A stretch of 64,000 bases of DNA, taken from contig OZ246423.1 of NCBI GenBank assembly GCA_965231215.1, forward strand, positions 448,001-512,000, read 5' to 3'. This document shows positions 1 through 10,900 of this stretch, in pieces; position 1 is the stretch's first letter; every line of letters starts with the position of its first letter. The stretch comes from Candidatus Altimarinota bacterium. Its GTDB lineage: Bacteria; Patescibacteriota; Gracilibacteria; UBA4473. The notes beneath the pieces were generated by a model. It saw nothing but the letters and a program-made list of their open reading frames with translations. It made no database searches and was not told where the DNA came from. Position numbers and translations under genes: made by a program.

Positions 1-613
1 CTCATCATCAAAGACGGGAACCTCCTAATCGCTGGTGACCTAGCTTATGACTCCATTGATGATTCATTCGGTATTGTGATGCTCAATACCAGCAGCGAAA
101 CTCCATTCTTAGCTGGACCTGACGTTGGTAATGTCTTCATCCACCATAACGTAAAACACGTAGTTGGAAACATCTACGCTGATGGCTCTATCCTCAGTAC
201 TTCATCTCTCTCCGCTCCAACAGGCATAGAACCCGATATTGTAGCTGAACGAGAAAACATTGATGGAGTCCTAAAACAACAACTCATACTTACCGGCTCT
301 ATTCTTACAAGAAACACCCTTGGAGGCTCCCTTCTGGTAGAACCTAAAGATCCTTGGGGCAGAGTCGTCTCTATTGAAGACGCTCAAAAATATGACCTTC
401 ACTATATACGAAGATACCTTCCTCGGTTTGAGAGCCCCTCTCCTGGCGTGATTCTCCATCAAAACAAACCAGACTGTACTCAATTCGCTCCTGATGTCTG
501 CTACGACAATAAACACTCCTTCATCATTAGAATTGACCCAAGAATTAGAGAAAATCCCCCTCCTGGGTTTAGCCTCTCAGAATCTGTTGATTTCCAATCT
601 AATTTTGGGAACT
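1..613 (+). repeat. Direct repeat, copy 1 (copy 2 at 11798..12410)
   Basis: Base-by-base match at offset 11797. One synonymous difference seen (546 T vs 12343 C). Identity ends inside the stop codon (TGA vs TAG). Confidence 0.95.
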
Positions 614-615
614 GA
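1..615 (+). CDS. 3' end of a large secreted protein (partial, runs off the window start); paralog of 7946..12412
   Basis: Frame is open from position 1 (LIIKDGNLLIAGD...) to TGA at 613-615. The protein is identical to the C-terminus of the 1488-aa ORF. Confidence 0.8.
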   Translation, partial: LIIKDGNLLIAGDLAYDSIDDSFGIVMLNTSSETPFLAGPDVGNVFIHHNVKHVVGNIYADGSILSTSSLSAPTGIEPDIVAERENIDGVLKQQLILTGSILTRNTLGGSLLVEPKDPWGRVVSIEDAQKYDLHYIRRYLPRFESPSPGVILHQNKPDCTQFAPDVCYDNKHSFIIRIDPRIRENPPPGFSLSESVDFQSNFGN

Positions 616-722
616 TACTTTTGAGGTTTAAGTGGCTCTGTGTCTGTTTGTGAAGCCTATTGTTTTCAATCTTGTTTTTCTATACTAAAAAATTTCTTGT
701 AGAATAAGGTCAGACATAAAAA

Positions 723-1526
723 ATGCCCAAATTTAGTATTATCACCATTAATTACGGAAACTCCCAAAAGATTAAAAAGCTTTGGGAATCTCTGGCACAA
801 AAATCACCAAAAAATGATTTTGAGTTTATTGTGGTAGACAACGCTTCTCCAAATGAAGACGGGGAAGCGATTCGAGTATTTTTGGAAGACAAGCAAGAGT
901 GCCACACAATTTTACTGCATAAAAACTTGGGGTTCGGTGGCGGGTATAAAGAGGGCGTAAAATTTGCACAAGGCGAGTATTTGGGAGTCATAAATCCAGA
1001 TATAGAAGTAAAAGCAAACTGCCTAGAGGCACTTTTAGAAGTTCTAGAAAAAAAAGAAAACGCCGGAATTGTAGCCCCTCGGTTACTCAACCATGATGAA
1101 ACACCTCAGCAAAATGCTCGAAAATTTCCCACTGTTTGGGTGATGTTTGGACGTCGACTCTCTAGTAAGTTTAAATGGGCCTATGATAGTGATCCTGCCT
1201 GGTACAAAACCGAAAAAGTTACCCCTGTAGACTGGGTACAAGGCAGTTTTATGTTGATGAAAACTAAATTTTTTACAGAAACACTACAAGGATTCGACCC
1301 TCGATTTTTTCTCTTTTTAGAAGATACTGATCTCTGCCGAAGAACTTGGGAAAAAGACAAAAGAGTCTTGCTAGTACCAGAAGCCCAAGCCTACCACGGA
1401 GAAGAAAGATTATCTGGCGGCCATTTCTGGAAAGCTATTTGGAAAAAAACTTTTTGGGTACACGTACAATCTGCCTGGAAGTACTTTTTTAAATACCTAT
1501 TTAAGAAAAAACCAAAGGTAAAATAA
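723..1526 (+). CDS. Glycosyltransferase family 2 (WbbL-like)
   Basis: Motifs SIITINY, VVDNAS, NLGFGGG, INPD, VDWVQGSFML, GFDPRFFLFLEDTDLCRR. Confidence 0.9.
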   Translation: MPKFSIITINYGNSQKIKKLWESLAQKSPKNDFEFIVVDNASPNEDGEAIRVFLEDKQECHTILLHKNLGFGGGYKEGVKFAQGEYLGVINPDIEVKANCLEALLEVLEKKENAGIVAPRLLNHDETPQQNARKFPTVWVMFGRRLSSKFKWAYDSDPAWYKTEKVTPVDWVQGSFMLMKTKFFTETLQGFDPRFFLFLEDTDLCRRTWEKDKRVLLVPEAQAYHGEERLSGGHFWKAIWKKTFWVHVQSAWKYFFKYLFKKKPKVK

Positions 1527-2386
1527 TGCCCATTATTGATACCCATAACCACATTTATTTCCCAGGTTTAGAGACTGAAACCGTTATTAAAGCCGCTCAA
1601 AAAGTTGGAGTGGGCAGACAAGTCCTCATTGGAATCGATGAGCTTTCCTGCCTCCAGGTAATCAATCTTATTAAAAAGTATGAAGATCTTTACGGGACTC
1701 TTGGGCTCCATCCCTGTGACGTAGACCAACTAGGTAGGCGCAACGAGTTTCAAGACTATCCAGGGGCTGGCAATTACACATTCAAATGTCACACTCTCCC
1801 AGAGTACTTCCAGTGGATTGAAACGCTTTACAGCCAAAATTCTGACCCTATTGTAGGATTCGGGGAAACTGGATTTGACCGCTATCACCGCGATACTCCG
1901 ACCCTAGTCAAACTCCAAGAAGAGAGTTTTGAGTCTCATTTGGAACTGTGCGTAAAACACCAAAAAACCTGTATAATTCACTGTCGAAAGGCCACCCAAA
2001 ACTGTCTTAATTTTATGAAAAAACAGGCCCATAAATTTAAGTCTATAAACTTTATCTGGCACTGTTTTGACGAAGACTTAAACACCGCAAAAGCGGTCAT
2101 TGACCTAGGCGGGAAAATTGGTATCGGCGGTATCATCACCTACCCCAAATCTGAAACTCTTAGAGAAGTGGTAAAAGCCATCCCCCTCCAATCCCTCGTT
2201 ACCGAAACCGATGCTCCATTTCTTACCCCTTACCAAGCCCGCAAAAAACATACAAAAAATTCACCCGAATTTTTACCTGAAATTATCACTACTATCGCCC
2301 AAATCACACAGCAAAATCCAAGAGACTGTGCTGATAGGCTATATCAAAACGGATGTGAAATTTTCAACCTCAAAAATGGTGACTAG
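1526..2386 (+). CDS. tatD: TatD family DNase
   Basis: Motifs DTHNH, GLHP, GETGFD, IIHCR, HCF, ETDAPFL. Confidence 0.9.
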   Translation: MPIIDTHNHIYFPGLETETVIKAAQKVGVGRQVLIGIDELSCLQVINLIKKYEDLYGTLGLHPCDVDQLGRRNEFQDYPGAGNYTFKCHTLPEYFQWIETLYSQNSDPIVGFGETGFDRYHRDTPTLVKLQEESFESHLELCVKHQKTCIIHCRKATQNCLNFMKKQAHKFKSINFIWHCFDEDLNTAKAVIDLGGKIGIGGIITYPKSETLREVVKAIPLQSLVTETDAPFLTPYQARKKHTKNSPEFLPEIITTIAQITQQNPRDCADRLYQNGCEIFNLKNGD

Positions 2387-2453
2387 GGGCGGACTTGAAC
2401 CGCCGACCTCCGGGTTATGAATCCGACGCTCTAACCAGCTGAGCTACCCAGTC
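2377..2453 (-). tRNA. tRNA-Met (CAT), probably elongator; Ile2 not excluded
   Basis: Reverse complement GACTGGGTAGCTCAGCTGGTTAGAGCGTCGGATTCATAACCCGGAGGTCGGCGGTTCAAGTCCGCCCCTAGTCACCA folds as a cloverleaf with encoded CCA. G1-C72 is paired, so it is not an initiator tRNA. Confidence 0.93.
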
Positions 2454-2499
2454 ACGAACGCGATTGTATGATTTTTGTGCCTTCGGTCAACTGACAATC

Positions 2500-2724
2500 T
2501 TAGTCTTTTTGAAAATTCTGTTTCCACACCGGAATAAGAATATACCAAATAAACAGATAGCTCAGAATGCCCCAAAAACACGACCACCAAAAAATCTGAA
2601 TACTCAGTACATGTGGGAGCAGTACTTCTTGAAAAGGGTTCAGTCCTGTCGGGTCATTCCCTTCTAACCCCGGTAATACAACCAGAGGCAAATCTTGAAA
2701 CCAACTTTTTTCATACATAGTCAA
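2500..2724 (-). CDS. Small single-pass membrane protein, paralog of 14781..14963
   Basis: Contains IFWWSCFWGILSYLFIWYILIPVWKQ. Lies downstream of the HTTM genes in the same orientation. Confidence 0.6.
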   Translation of the reverse strand: MTMYEKSWFQDLPLVVLPGLEGNDPTGLNPFQEVLLPHVLSIQIFWWSCFWGILSYLFIWYILIPVWKQNFQKD

Positions 2725-2727
2725 AAA

Positions 2728-2852
2728 TAAAAGAGTTTAAAAACAAAAAATTCTAGGATCTAAATTTTTTATTAAATAAGCATATTCCCTTCATACGGGT
2801 TTGAAGAAAAAATGTTAAGGGCCAACGAAGTTTGTGGGTTTTCATCACTTTA
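2728..2852. mobile_element. ~125-bp MITE-like repeat, copy 1
   Basis: Core AAATAAGCATATT..CATACGGGTTT is shared with the copies at 20304, 25661 and 61144. Imperfect TAAAAGAGTTTAAAAAC termini. The right end is the TAA of the HTTM gene. Confidence 0.6.
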
Positions 2853-4109
2853 ATAATAAAGGTTTTTCACAGGCCGTCCAACCGCTGGAGCGCCCCACTC
2901 TGGAGCGTTAATCCAGCTATTTCGACCAAACGGCTTGTATTCTAACGTGCAAAGATCAGGAACATCTACCACCCTATAAAAAGGCCCTCCATTAATACTA
3001 TGATCCAAAGTCCATGATTTTGGAGTTCCCCCATCAACACAGTACACACGTTTAAATTGAGAAAGTATCGTATAGGGATCACATCGTTGGCGAGCTGAAT
3101 TAATACTTCCGTGATTCAGAACGGTTTCCTTCTCTTTTACCCGATAAACGCATTGATGATTCGCCTCAAACATAAACTGCCCATAAAAGTTCCCTTCTAA
3201 AGTTATTTTTTCATCTCCAGGAATTAGGTGAGAAATCATCTGGGCTATAAATAAAAATACAATCACACACCATCCTAGGATAGATTTTTTATCAATTGGA
3301 ACCTGTAGTTTACTCAGCGGTTCATACGCAAAAAGAATAAGCAGTGGAACCCCCGCCATAAACGGAAATCTATACCCAACCAAAATAGCTGAATAGAGAT
3401 GAAAGCCTACAAGAATCAAAAGTATCCCCGATCGCCAAATTTTATTCTGACTAAACAAGAACCACACGCCAAACAATTGAATAAAAATAAGCACATTGGT
3501 CCAAACTGGTGCCAGACTATCGGGGAAAATCGGCATTCCCAACTGGAGCGATGTAAAATAGGTCCCTAATATCCACCCAGGATGAAATTTCACAGCCGCT
3601 GCTAAAAAATAAAACCATATATCACTCAACCGTAAGAAGAACTTTTTGTGTGGTACACACAAAAATATAAGCGTAAAGATCGTATGGTATAGCTCAAAAT
3701 TTGGTCGGGTATAAAAGGAAGTAAAAGTGATATAGCACTTCCATAAAAACAAAATCCAGAGAATTAAATAGACCCCTTTCCATCTTTGAAAATAAGCCAA
3801 ATACAACCCTCCAAAGATAAATCCAAAGAGCCCAGAGTAAAAAATATTTTGGGAATACCCATCCGGCAGCTTGGAATCAATAATATACCAGTCTGTACAA
3901 GACTGAAAAAAAGGCCAGCATAATGGATTATGAGAGGTCCTTGCCGTATCAAACCCAATCCAATGCTCAAAACTCAACCAAAACCCAACTAATAAAAAAA
4001 TCGCAAAAATTTGGAGTACTTTGCTGTTTTCAATTTCCTCTAGCCCAAACCATCGCTGGAAATATTGCCAGAAAAATAAATTTTCAAACCCTTTAATTAA
4101 TTTTTGCAT
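2850..4109 (-). CDS. HTTM-domain / vitamin K-dependent gamma-carboxylase-like membrane protein 1
   Basis: Multi-TM protein with YFLAAAVKFHPGWILG, GFHLYSAILVGYRFP, PGDEKITLEGNFYGQFMFE and DHSINGGPFYRVVD, matching carboxylase/HTTM motifs. Confidence 0.75.
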   Translation of the reverse strand: MQKLIKGFENLFFWQYFQRWFGLEEIENSKVLQIFAIFLLVGFWLSFEHWIGFDTARTSHNPLCWPFFQSCTDWYIIDSKLPDGYSQNIFYSGLFGFIFGGLYLAYFQRWKGVYLILWILFLWKCYITFTSFYTRPNFELYHTIFTLIFLCVPHKKFFLRLSDIWFYFLAAAVKFHPGWILGTYFTSLQLGMPIFPDSLAPVWTNVLIFIQLFGVWFLFSQNKIWRSGILLILVGFHLYSAILVGYRFPFMAGVPLLILFAYEPLSKLQVPIDKKSILGWCVIVFLFIAQMISHLIPGDEKITLEGNFYGQFMFEANHQCVYRVKEKETVLNHGSINSARQRCDPYTILSQFKRVYCVDGGTPKSWTLDHSINGGPFYRVVDVPDLCTLEYKPFGRNSWINAPEWGAPAVGRPVKNLYY

Positions 4110-5359
4110 TAGCGGTAATAATTTTGTACTGGACGCCCTACAACTTTAGCTTCTGGTGGAAACTTAATCCACTCGTTGTGAGAAAATATTTTATATTCCA
4201 AATCACAAATATCTGATTCCTCTACCACTCTATAAAAGGGGCCTCCATCAACACTATGATCTATTTTTAAAGAAACATCTTGATCGGAAGTGCAGTATTT
4301 TTGTTTAGCCTTAAACCACTCTTTATAAGGATTACATCGTCTTCGCGCATTTGCTCGGCTTCGAACCACCTCATCTGCCTCCCCCACCTTCAGCGTAATG
4401 CGACATTGGTGATTTGACTCAAACATATACAATCCATAAAAACTTCCCTCCATCGTTAACCGTTCATCTCCTGGGATAAAATTAGAAATCAACTGAGACA
4501 CTAAAAAAAGCAAAGCTAACCCCCATCCCCACAAAGATTTTAAATCCAAAGGAGTTGCAATTTTTTTATAGTTAATCGTAAACAATACCAACAGTGCCGG
4601 AAATACGATTGATGGATAATGGTACTTTACAAAAATTATCGAATAGAGGTGAAATCCAATCATCACCCCCAAAGCCATAAATCGCCATTTTTTATCACTC
4701 AGCAAAAACCAGACTCCCATCATCTCAATCCCAATAACTAAATTAGTAAAAAATGGAGTCAAGCTGTCTGGAAAAATAGGGAGCCCCGTTTTAAGGGAAG
4801 TAAAATAAGATCCCAAAAGCCAACTGGGTTCTAGCTTTGAAGCAGTAGAAAGAAAGTAAAAAAAGACGAGATAAAACCGAAGAAAAAATAATTTATGAGG
4901 AATAACCAAAAACCCCAAACAAAACATCAGATGATGATATTCGTAATTATTTATAAAATCCATCGATAAACCTAGATGGTAGAGTTTCCATATAAAAAGC
5001 CCCACTAAACACATATGAGCCCAAACCCACTTTTTTTGGAAAAGAAAAATGCCTGCCAACAGCATAATCCCCAAAAGAAAAGCATAGAAAATTCCTTCAC
5101 TATACCCATAAGGAAGAGCCTGCAGCATATACCATTCACCACAATCGGGCCAAAAAGGCCAGCAAACATGGTCTCCACTAAGCGCCGTTTCTTTCGTGGT
5201 ATAAAAACGATGTGACCACCGCTTGAGCGTTACAAAATAACCAAGCAGCAGCACCCATCCAAAAAGCTGTAACACTTTAGAATTACCAATCTCTTGGACT
5301 GAAAAAAAACTTTCATATAGAGCTCTAGTTTTTCTGAAATACGGCACAAAAAAATTCAT
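4109..5359 (-). CDS. HTTM-domain / vitamin K-dependent gamma-carboxylase-like membrane protein 2
   Basis: Motifs NNYEY, YFLSTASKLEPSWLLG, GFHLYS, PGDERLTMEGSFYGLYMFE, DHSVDGGPFYRVVE. Its stop overlaps the start of the next paralog. Confidence 0.75.
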   Translation of the reverse strand: MNFFVPYFRKTRALYESFFSVQEIGNSKVLQLFGWVLLLGYFVTLKRWSHRFYTTKETALSGDHVCWPFWPDCGEWYMLQALPYGYSEGIFYAFLLGIMLLAGIFLFQKKWVWAHMCLVGLFIWKLYHLGLSMDFINNYEYHHLMFCLGFLVIPHKLFFLRFYLVFFYFLSTASKLEPSWLLGSYFTSLKTGLPIFPDSLTPFFTNLVIGIEMMGVWFLLSDKKWRFMALGVMIGFHLYSIIFVKYHYPSIVFPALLVLFTINYKKIATPLDLKSLWGWGLALLFLVSQLISNFIPGDERLTMEGSFYGLYMFESNHQCRITLKVGEADEVVRSRANARRRCNPYKEWFKAKQKYCTSDQDVSLKIDHSVDGGPFYRVVEESDICDLEYKIFSHNEWIKFPPEAKVVGRPVQNYYR

Positions 5360-5549
5360 AAATTATAAAAATAATAATATTTCAAAAACTTTTCTCAAAG
5401 ACAAAACAACACAAATAAATTTAAAACAAAAACAAATATAAAAAGAATGATTTACAATATTTGCAATAACATTGATTTTACAATACCTATAAACCTCCCA
5501 TAGAATTTCAGCAGAATAAAAAATCGTTTCTTAACCTCTTTTTTTTACC

Positions 5550-5837
5550 ATGGATAAAAACAGATTAATTGCTGGTGGCTATATTCTAGCCTCAATCGGT
5601 CTTTTTTATTCGGCTATTAACCTTTGGGTATGTCACGGTGGAACGGCTTGTGATGATGAAAGTATGGCACAAGCGCAGAACATCAATATAAATGTTCCAA
5701 CCGAATATGCTGGATGGTCTGGTCGAAATGATCCTTCCTTTTTCATTAACGCTCCTGGAGTAAGTGTCACGATCCCTCCCCCAACTCAAGCCCCTAGCGG
5801 TTTCGGTGATGATGGTGATGGTGACGATGGTCACTAG
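5550..5837 (+). CDS. Small exported or membrane-anchored peptide with acidic GDDGDGDDGH tail (candidate substrate or precursor)
   Basis: N-terminal hydrophobic segment, a CxxxxxC pair, AQAQ, a Pro-rich linker and an Asp/Gly tail. First gene of the + strand run. Confidence 0.7.
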   Translation: MDKNRLIAGGYILASIGLFYSAINLWVCHGGTACDDESMAQAQNININVPTEYAGWSGRNDPSFFINAPGVSVTIPPPTQAPSGFGDDGDGDDGH

Positions 5838-5880
5838 AATCTAAACTCCATAAAACCTCATAACTATATACTAACTAAGC

Positions 5881-7920
5881 ATGAATATTTCAAAAACCTG
5901 GTTCTGCTGGGTAGCCGTTGGCGTAATGCTCCCAACCTTTACCCTTACTAACGCTCAGGAACCTGATCTGGACCCTCAATCTCCAGAGCAGGCCTGTTTT
6001 ACTCATCTAGCAAATGCGGCTTCCAATAGTAGTAAATTTTCTGGATTAGATCTTTCAAATGTCACAAAGATTGCCGAAAACGGAAGAGGTCGTCGGGCTG
6101 AATCAAAGCCCTTTTCGGTCGCCACCTATGATGAATTCAAAACTATTGCCGAAACCCCAATCCCAATGCTAGGGATGCATATCGGACGATTTCCAAACAA
6201 TACAGAAAGAATTCCTCATCGATACCGAATAGAACCTGAAATTCATAAAGCCAATCGTGGTAATGTACTCATTGTAATTTATGGAGATGGTTCTCAAACT
6301 AGTATTGGCAATGTAGATGATGATCCAGAACTAGAATATATTGATGGATACTATTTAGATACTCAATATGCTACTTTTGGTAGATCTACAGATTTTGAAT
6401 TCTCCTTTAAGTCATTTGATGGAGAACCAGCAAAAGGACAAGATTACCCATATGGAGCTCCCTATAAAGATCTGAGGGAATATCTTATCTTTACCCATCA
6501 CTTGAGTGATGCTAAGGGAGGAGATTTTGTAAGTTGTTCGCTTGTGAAACTGACTCCGTTGGGAGACTACGCTCTTAAATCATACAGAGGCGAGAAGTCT
6601 GTACGATGGCAATACTACGGAGGAGACCGTGTAAATGGCACCGACTTTGCGCTTGAGGATGCACCTGCTATTGACGGTCATCAGTTTAGAGTAGCCGATA
6701 TTAGATTCTTAGTAGCCGCTAAAGAGGCGCTAGAAGATGGTGGCTATTCTTGGGCTAATGATTTGGCTCATATTGATACTATCACGGTGCTTTATGACAA
6801 CGGGAGCAACTTTTACAATGAATATGAAACTGGCCCTATCGCAGAAAGTGTAATGACGGATCCAAACAATATGGGGCTCAGTTACATGGAAATGCGAGCG
6901 TCTGTTTATCAGGCTATTATCGATCGTTTAGATCTAGGCATTATGGGAGAAGGAGACGTTGTGGGGCTTAGTGCTCAACTTTTAGCCAGTACGCTTGACG
7001 CTCCAGACAAACCAACAAGTCAAAAAGCTGGTCCAGTTATGGCTGAAGGACTTAAATTCGAAACTTTTCAAAAAATCAGAGAAATTGAAGATAAAACGAC
7101 AAGAGATCTTCTATGGTCAGCTTCCATACCAGGACGAATTGACCGTCGGCTTGGTATCGACAATAAAACCGAAGATCAAATGAACGAATTTGAGAAAAAA
7201 CGTGCCGCCAGCACGCTTAATAGACAAGCAGTATTAGAAAATATCGAATATGTTATCAACCAAGCGGATGATGTGAGTGCCATTACTATTGATAATATTG
7301 AATATAAAGATATTGAATTTGGAGAATCGTTTATCCCAGCTAGTGATAGACGAGTTCGTGAAGTAGCAGAATCTGCTTACGTTCAACCAGAGGTAGAGGC
7401 CTTAATAGCTGAAAAAGAAAGTGAAATTGCTAAAGCCGAAGCCCTCTCTGTGAATAAAGATGATGTGGCAACTCAACAAGAAACTTTCACGCAAATAAAA
7501 AACATTGAAGATGACTACCATGGCAAAATCAATACCCTCTTTACCTTTGAAAACGAATACAAGGAACTAAAAATCACTTCTCTAGACATAGCCAACAAAA
7601 AAGAAAGAGACCACATCTCTGAATCTGAATATGAGGCTGCAGGACGAGATTTAATTAAGCATTTTGATGAGATTGTAAATAAAACTCAAGTCAAAGCTGA
7701 AGGCTTAATTACCCAAGAAAGATTAGAGGAACTAAAAGATGGACTTGTTGGAAAAAGCATCGCTACTCAAAACGTAAGCAAGCTACCAACCGCCTCAACA
7801 AAACCCCCAGTGGCTCCAGCCAAATTTACGCAAAATATGTATGGGGGAATGGCTTTAATCCTTATTATTTTGGCTATCTTCCTTGGGTGGCTTGGACTTT
7901 CACGCCTGAAAGGAAAATAA
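5881..7920 (+). CDS. Secreted surface protein with signal peptide and C-terminal TM anchor, function unknown
   Basis: Signal peptide ending TNA-Q, acidic helical C-terminal half, then GGMALILIILAIFLGWLGL plus a basic tail. Confidence 0.8.
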   Translation: MNISKTWFCWVAVGVMLPTFTLTNAQEPDLDPQSPEQACFTHLANAASNSSKFSGLDLSNVTKIAENGRGRRAESKPFSVATYDEFKTIAETPIPMLGMHIGRFPNNTERIPHRYRIEPEIHKANRGNVLIVIYGDGSQTSIGNVDDDPELEYIDGYYLDTQYATFGRSTDFEFSFKSFDGEPAKGQDYPYGAPYKDLREYLIFTHHLSDAKGGDFVSCSLVKLTPLGDYALKSYRGEKSVRWQYYGGDRVNGTDFALEDAPAIDGHQFRVADIRFLVAAKEALEDGGYSWANDLAHIDTITVLYDNGSNFYNEYETGPIAESVMTDPNNMGLSYMEMRASVYQAIIDRLDLGIMGEGDVVGLSAQLLASTLDAPDKPTSQKAGPVMAEGLKFETFQKIREIEDKTTRDLLWSASIPGRIDRRLGIDNKTEDQMNEFEKKRAASTLNRQAVLENIEYVINQADDVSAITIDNIEYKDIEFGESFIPASDRRVREVAESAYVQPEVEALIAEKESEIAKAEALSVNKDDVATQQETFTQIKNIEDDYHGKINTLFTFENEYKELKITSLDIANKKERDHISESEYEAAGRDLIKHFDEIVNKTQVKAEGLITQERLEELKDGLVGKSIATQNVSKLPTASTKPPVAPAKFTQNMYGGMALILIILAIFLGWLGLSRLKGK

Positions 7921-7945
7921 AACACAACCTTGCTAAAAATAAAAT

Positions 7946-10900
7946 ATGAATTTAAAAAAAATCCTACAGCTTTCAACGGCCGCTCATTTGATCCTAATGA
8001 GCGGCATTGTTTTAGCTCAAAGCAATACCACCAACATCCAAACCAGTATTACCAATACCTACACTAATAATACCACTAGTGTTAATACCCAAATTATTGG
8101 CCGTAATGCTGGAGGTGCAAGTCCTCATGATCTGAGTTCAGCCTCACCAAACAGGCGTATCCCTATCGGACTAGGTACACTCAGTCAAACCCCTCGACTG
8201 GATGGAACGAGTCAAAAACGAGAAGGCGTATGGTATGTATCGTTACGACGAAGTACGATTTCTGGTGTTCAAACTGGAAACCAAATTGTACGACACGATC
8301 TCACCCCTCCTCGGTGTAATAACCAATGGCCAATCGGACTCAATGGAGAATGGACTAACGCTCCCATTGAATTTGATGCTGGAGATCCCGGCGTCTGTAC
8401 TGATCAACTCACGCAAAATGGAGTCACTTATGATAACCGTGGAGCTGGATGTCGAAGCGGGGAAAAAGTCCGTGTGCTCCAGCATGGACAAAGTGTTAAT
8501 TTTCCTATTACAGACAATGTAGGAAACCAAAAACCTGGTGGATGTACTACACCCCCTTCTAAAATTGATTGTCGACTCCCCATTGTAAGCTCACTTCTAC
8601 TACAACATAAAGGGTTGAACCTTAACACGGAAACTCCGAGTACGAATGCCAGCACACCAAATACTTTCCGTGCTGATGATGGAGTGCTAAATTTGGTAAT
8701 GGAACTTCGAGACGCCGAAGAATCTATTTCCTGCGGACTTTCTGGCATTAACTGGAATGAACTGAGCCATGAAAGTGAAATTGGAGGTCTGCAATACCAA
8801 TTGGCTAATCTCATTGATGAATTAGCCCTTATGGAAGACGAATACGACCTTAAAAAAGCAGAAGAAATTGTAGCCAAAGGGAATGTTATTGAATCTAGTA
8901 TTGGAAAGCTAAGCCATGAGCTACAAAGAAACCTATGGAAACAATCTTTCCAAGCCTTAAATCTATCTGATTCTATTGTAAAACAACCCCTTGCAGAGTT
9001 CCAATCTCAACTAAGCGTTTTAGGAGGGCGAACTATTGAGAAAGCCAATATGGATATCATTATGGAGATTCTTGAAAGTGAAAAATTTGATGACCTAGAT
9101 CAAAGAGATGATTTTGTAAATGCCCTTCAAGACACGAATCTTGAGTTCTTAGAATCTCAAATCAGTAACTATATATTCTTAGCTAATGATACCGTGAACA
9201 ACTTCGACGTCCCCTCAAAAGGAGCTCCAGATGAGATTGAGGGATTCTCACGCCTCACAAACCTACTCAATGAGTGGCAGGCTGAAATTACAGAAAATTA
9301 TGCGCACGTAATCCCGAATTGGACAGAATCTATTCTTGCAACAGATACGGCCATAAACGACCAGTATAATGATCCATACCTTCCCTACAAAGGCGCTCAC
9401 GATGGAACGAATATTCAGGTTAAAATGGCTCAACTTTACGAGTATACCCCAGAAGATAATCTCCCCCAACTCACGACTAACCTTGAGAGTGGAGCTAATC
9501 AATCCAGACTCAATATTGGAGAAGCCATTCTACAATTAGATCAACTTAATAGCGAGATGAGCTCTGTTATTACTTATCTTAATAACTACGACCCAGTAGA
9601 TGGAGAATTTGATCCAAGCCCCGTTGAAGAGCTTATTGATAGAGCCTTAAACTTTCAACTAAGTGTCGAGACCGTTCAAGCAGATTTAGATGAGTTTTTA
9701 GGAATTCTTGGAAATCCTCTCTCTGAATTTGATTACTACAAAGTCCTCCCAACAGATGCTATTATTTCTAGCTTAGATAGTACTATCTCAGACTACCAAA
9801 CAGAACTCACTTCTAATATTTTTGAGCTTGAAACCAAAAAAACTAATACCGTCGCTTTACTGGCACAAATCGAAACTAAAAACGAAGAAATTGCGGCCGT
9901 TTCAGCTCGTATTATCGAACTTCAAGAAGAAAGTATTGAGGATGACAGTGCTGACCTAAAACAACTAGAAATTTCTCACGTGGAGATTGAAAGAACTACC
10001 GGCCCAAGCAAAGTAGAAGAATTCATTAACCTATCTCCCACACCAGTCGGGGGGGATATTTATGAATGGAATATTAATCAGTATACCTTCCCTGGAGAAA
10101 GTTATCCTATCTTCTCTCAGGCCGGAGACTACAAAATTACTCTTAGGATTTACGATAAAGCCGGTAACCAGGTGACCCCTAACCGGATCGCTCATATAAG
10201 AATTCATCCGGCCGCCGCCCACGAAACCCAAACAGAAAACACTCTCACTCACGATTGTGATAAAACAAACCTCTGGGCCAACTACAGTGATCGATGTGAT
10301 ATTGATTTCACCGTCAAAGATGAATGGGAAAATCCTATTGCACAAAATTCTGCCCTAGAGATTTATGCCGTTACACAAGATACAGAAGGTTCTTACGACA
10401 TCATTACTGGAAATGGGGAAAACTACCCCAACGGGCTCAGGTTTGACGCAGGGGTCAAAGTAGACGGTAAACACAAAGTTAATTGGAATAGCAGCACCAG
10501 TGGCGCTCAAAACATGAAAATGAGAGCCATACTCCCAACCGTAAATATCATTAACGGTATCGACGGAGCCGCTCTAATGTCTGTCAGTCGAAAACCACTC
10601 GCTCTAAATTTTATTTATCCACAAGTAAATGAGAGAGGGCTTGTGCAGCCTGAAACTCAGAACTTTGGCATTGATATCCACGCAAGATTCAAACCTTGGG
10701 TTTATCTACACCTAAGTGATAAACAAGATAACCAACCTCCAACCAGCCCTTGGGTCGTTCAAAAAGATGTAGAAAAATGTATCTATACTTATGCTACAAC
10801 CGAGTCTTCTTCTAGAAACTTGCCGAGAAACTTCAATGTATACCTCAAAGGCCATACAGACAATGGCGTGATTCTTTACAATAAAGATCTTAAATCACCC

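Noticed and set aside
76-615. Independent 179-aa gene
   Set aside because: The frame is open from position 1, so this is the tail of a larger gene starting before the window.
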